Under the pieces are notes generated by a model that did no database searches, was not told where the DNA came from, and worked only from the letters and a program-made list of their open reading frames with translations. Positions 62,110 to 64,000 of a DNA stretch of 64,000 bases are shown one piece after another. Within the stretch, counting starts at the first letter, position 1; each line of letters opens with the position of its first letter. A program made the position numbers and the translations under genes. Source of the stretch: Selaginella moellendorffii (Eukaryota; Plantae; Lycopodiophyta); the NCBI RefSeq assembly GCF_000143415.4, contig NW_003314324.1:224011-288010 (forward strand). The letters are read 5' to 3'.

Positions 62110-64000
62110 ACATGAAATGTCCACATTAATTGTGGGAGCAGACATGTCGATGACAAGGGGCCATGCACTGTTCAGAACAATTTCTCAATGCCTATGGAGA
62201 GCAGAGGAAACCACCTTGTGGAGCTCTGGAGCGGCATGTAAAAGTTGGCTAAAAGAAATTTGTGGCTTTTGGTGCTCCAGATCCCCCAAAATGTCGTACA
62301 GACGTGTTTCCAGATTGAGAATATAGTAATATTTCTTTTTCTTGTCGGTGCTAACCGAATCCCCTTGATCCCTAGGTGAAGCGCAGTGGGATGAGGTGGC
62401 ATTTCCAGAATTAGGGTCTCGTGAGGGGGGAGAGGGAACCGCTTCAAACTGGATTGCAAATCTTGGAGTAACTGCCGCATTAGGGTACGCACTTGGAACA
62501 AAGGCAGGAACAGCATGGGTGGGCTGTGCTTTTGCAGCTAGATGCCATGCTTGGCATTTGAGTAGCTGTAGGGAGGAACTGGGTGCAGTTTGAGCCGCAT
62601 GGGCCACGGCAAGGGCAGGAATCGTGCTATAGCAGGGCTGGACGACTTACTGTGTCGATTACTGGGTTATTTTTTGGAGCAGATGAGATGGTGAGGCAGT
62701 TGTCTTGGGCATGGAGACCTTGCATGTTACAGATGCCGCAGATGGGCTGGTACTCAATTGGTGCTTATGCATTCGGATACTCTGGGAGTGATATGGCCAG
62801 GCTGTTGGCAACAAAAGCAGATGATTGGACATCGAGCTTGACCCCTTCCAGGTCCATTACTCGTTCGTGCTGGAGCTGCTGCATAAATGGGTACTAGATC
62901 GGGTGTATAACCTTGTAGAACCAGAGGTGGCGATAGATCTTGAAGGAGCTGGGGCTGGACGTGGTAGCTGGGACATGCAGGCATGTGAGGAGCTGGCTGA
63001 GCCGAGGTACCGGGTTTATACATGTAGTGCTCTGACCTGTTATTATTTCGTCTACAGTGCTGGCACTTAACTCAAGCTGGTGCAAGACTTGGGCATTTGC
63101 TGGGATAATGTCCATATCCCTTGCAACAAGTACACCAGATATTCTCACGTTCAGTAATGGGTTGAGGCGGTGTCTAAACTCCTCGAATCCAGTTAAGCTG
63201 AAGCTCGGACATTTTTTTGGTGAGTGTTTTCAAGTCATCACATACTTTGGAGATTTTTTGTGACTGTGGCAGAGTTGAGAGGAAGTAGCCACGGCAGGAA
63301 GTACATGTTGCTAGAGGCAGCTGTAATCGACGGTTCCAGGAAAAAATAAACTCACTAAATCAGTAAGCAAAGGATAACAAAGCAAAGCCAAAGAAAACTC
63401 CTGTGACGCTGGCTGATGACGCTGTGACGCTGCTGATGTTTGCAGGGAGGAAAGGTTGGCGGAATCACTGGAGGACCACCAAGCACTGAAGGAACAGAGT
63501 AGAAAGGCTGTTGGAAGTGAGCCATACTCACGTGGGCTTGCTCCCGACTGGAAGCTGTGGAAATAGCCTCAGCAAGTGTTGTGGGAGTCTGGCCCTTCGT
63601 GAAGAAAGCCAATTCGGGAGGCAGGCTGTTCATGAAGAAGCAAACCTGATCATCCTTGCTGGGAGGAGGGTCCTTTTTAGCAACTAGTCACTGAAACCGG
63701 ATGATAAAACTTTGTAAGCTTTCGTTTGGCAGCAATCGAATGTAGTTAAGTTCCTCACTAACTTGCTGTGCGAATCCCACAGGCCAAAAAGCAGTGAGAA
63801 AGGCTGATCGAAGCAGGTCCCAGGTCGCAATACTGGCTGGTGCAGAATGCTGGGCTTGGAGATACCACTCCAGAGCAGCGTCTTGGAGTAGCAGGGAAGA
63901 ACCAAAGGCGATTGGCTTCATCGGCTTCTTGGTTGGTGATGCCAACAGTCTCAAAGGAATTGAGATGTGTGTCCACATCATTGCCCGCAATGGGCGAAAG
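62110..64000 (-). mobile_element. Gypsy-type gag remnant, copy B, inverted relative to copy A
   Basis: Same sequence family on the minus strand (LQDAALEWYLQ, CFCCQQPGH, YDILGDLEHQKPQISFSQLL); continues past the window end. Confidence 0.82.

Overview
Eukaryotic plant genomic DNA with several N-gaps. Very short GT-AG introns, a GT78 mannosylglycerate synthase and a PLS-class PPR gene point to a lycophyte, probably Selaginella (inference). Layout: retroelement debris (1-3.2 kb); intron-containing SBDS and isovaleryl-CoA dehydrogenase pseudogenes; a GH17 beta-1,3-glucanase; a minus-strand block with three copies of an unusually AT-rich, intronless secreted bulb-type-lectin gene, a TPR gene, mannosylglycerate synthase and a kelch/coiled-coil gene (9.5-20.8 kb); a transposon-rich block (21-38 kb); then PPR, L-type lectin receptor kinase, PPO2 and an O-methyltransferase (41-50 kb); an 8.3-kb TIR-bounded DNA transposon with an IS3-like DDE transposase and a HECT E3 ligase (51.3-59.6 kb); and two inverted Gypsy gag remnants. 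The best candidate for an undescribed system is at 24-35 kb. There a Mutator-like (GCM-like/DDE/SWIM) transposase lies back to back with an intron-containing gene encoding a ParB-like domain plus a bacterial beta-class amino-DNA-methyltransferase-like domain. A near-perfect 143-bp-arm palindrome separates them, and tandem small zinc-finger ORFs lie next to them. This copy is decayed by C-to-T stop codons. All domain calls are by-eye motif recognition; no searches were run.
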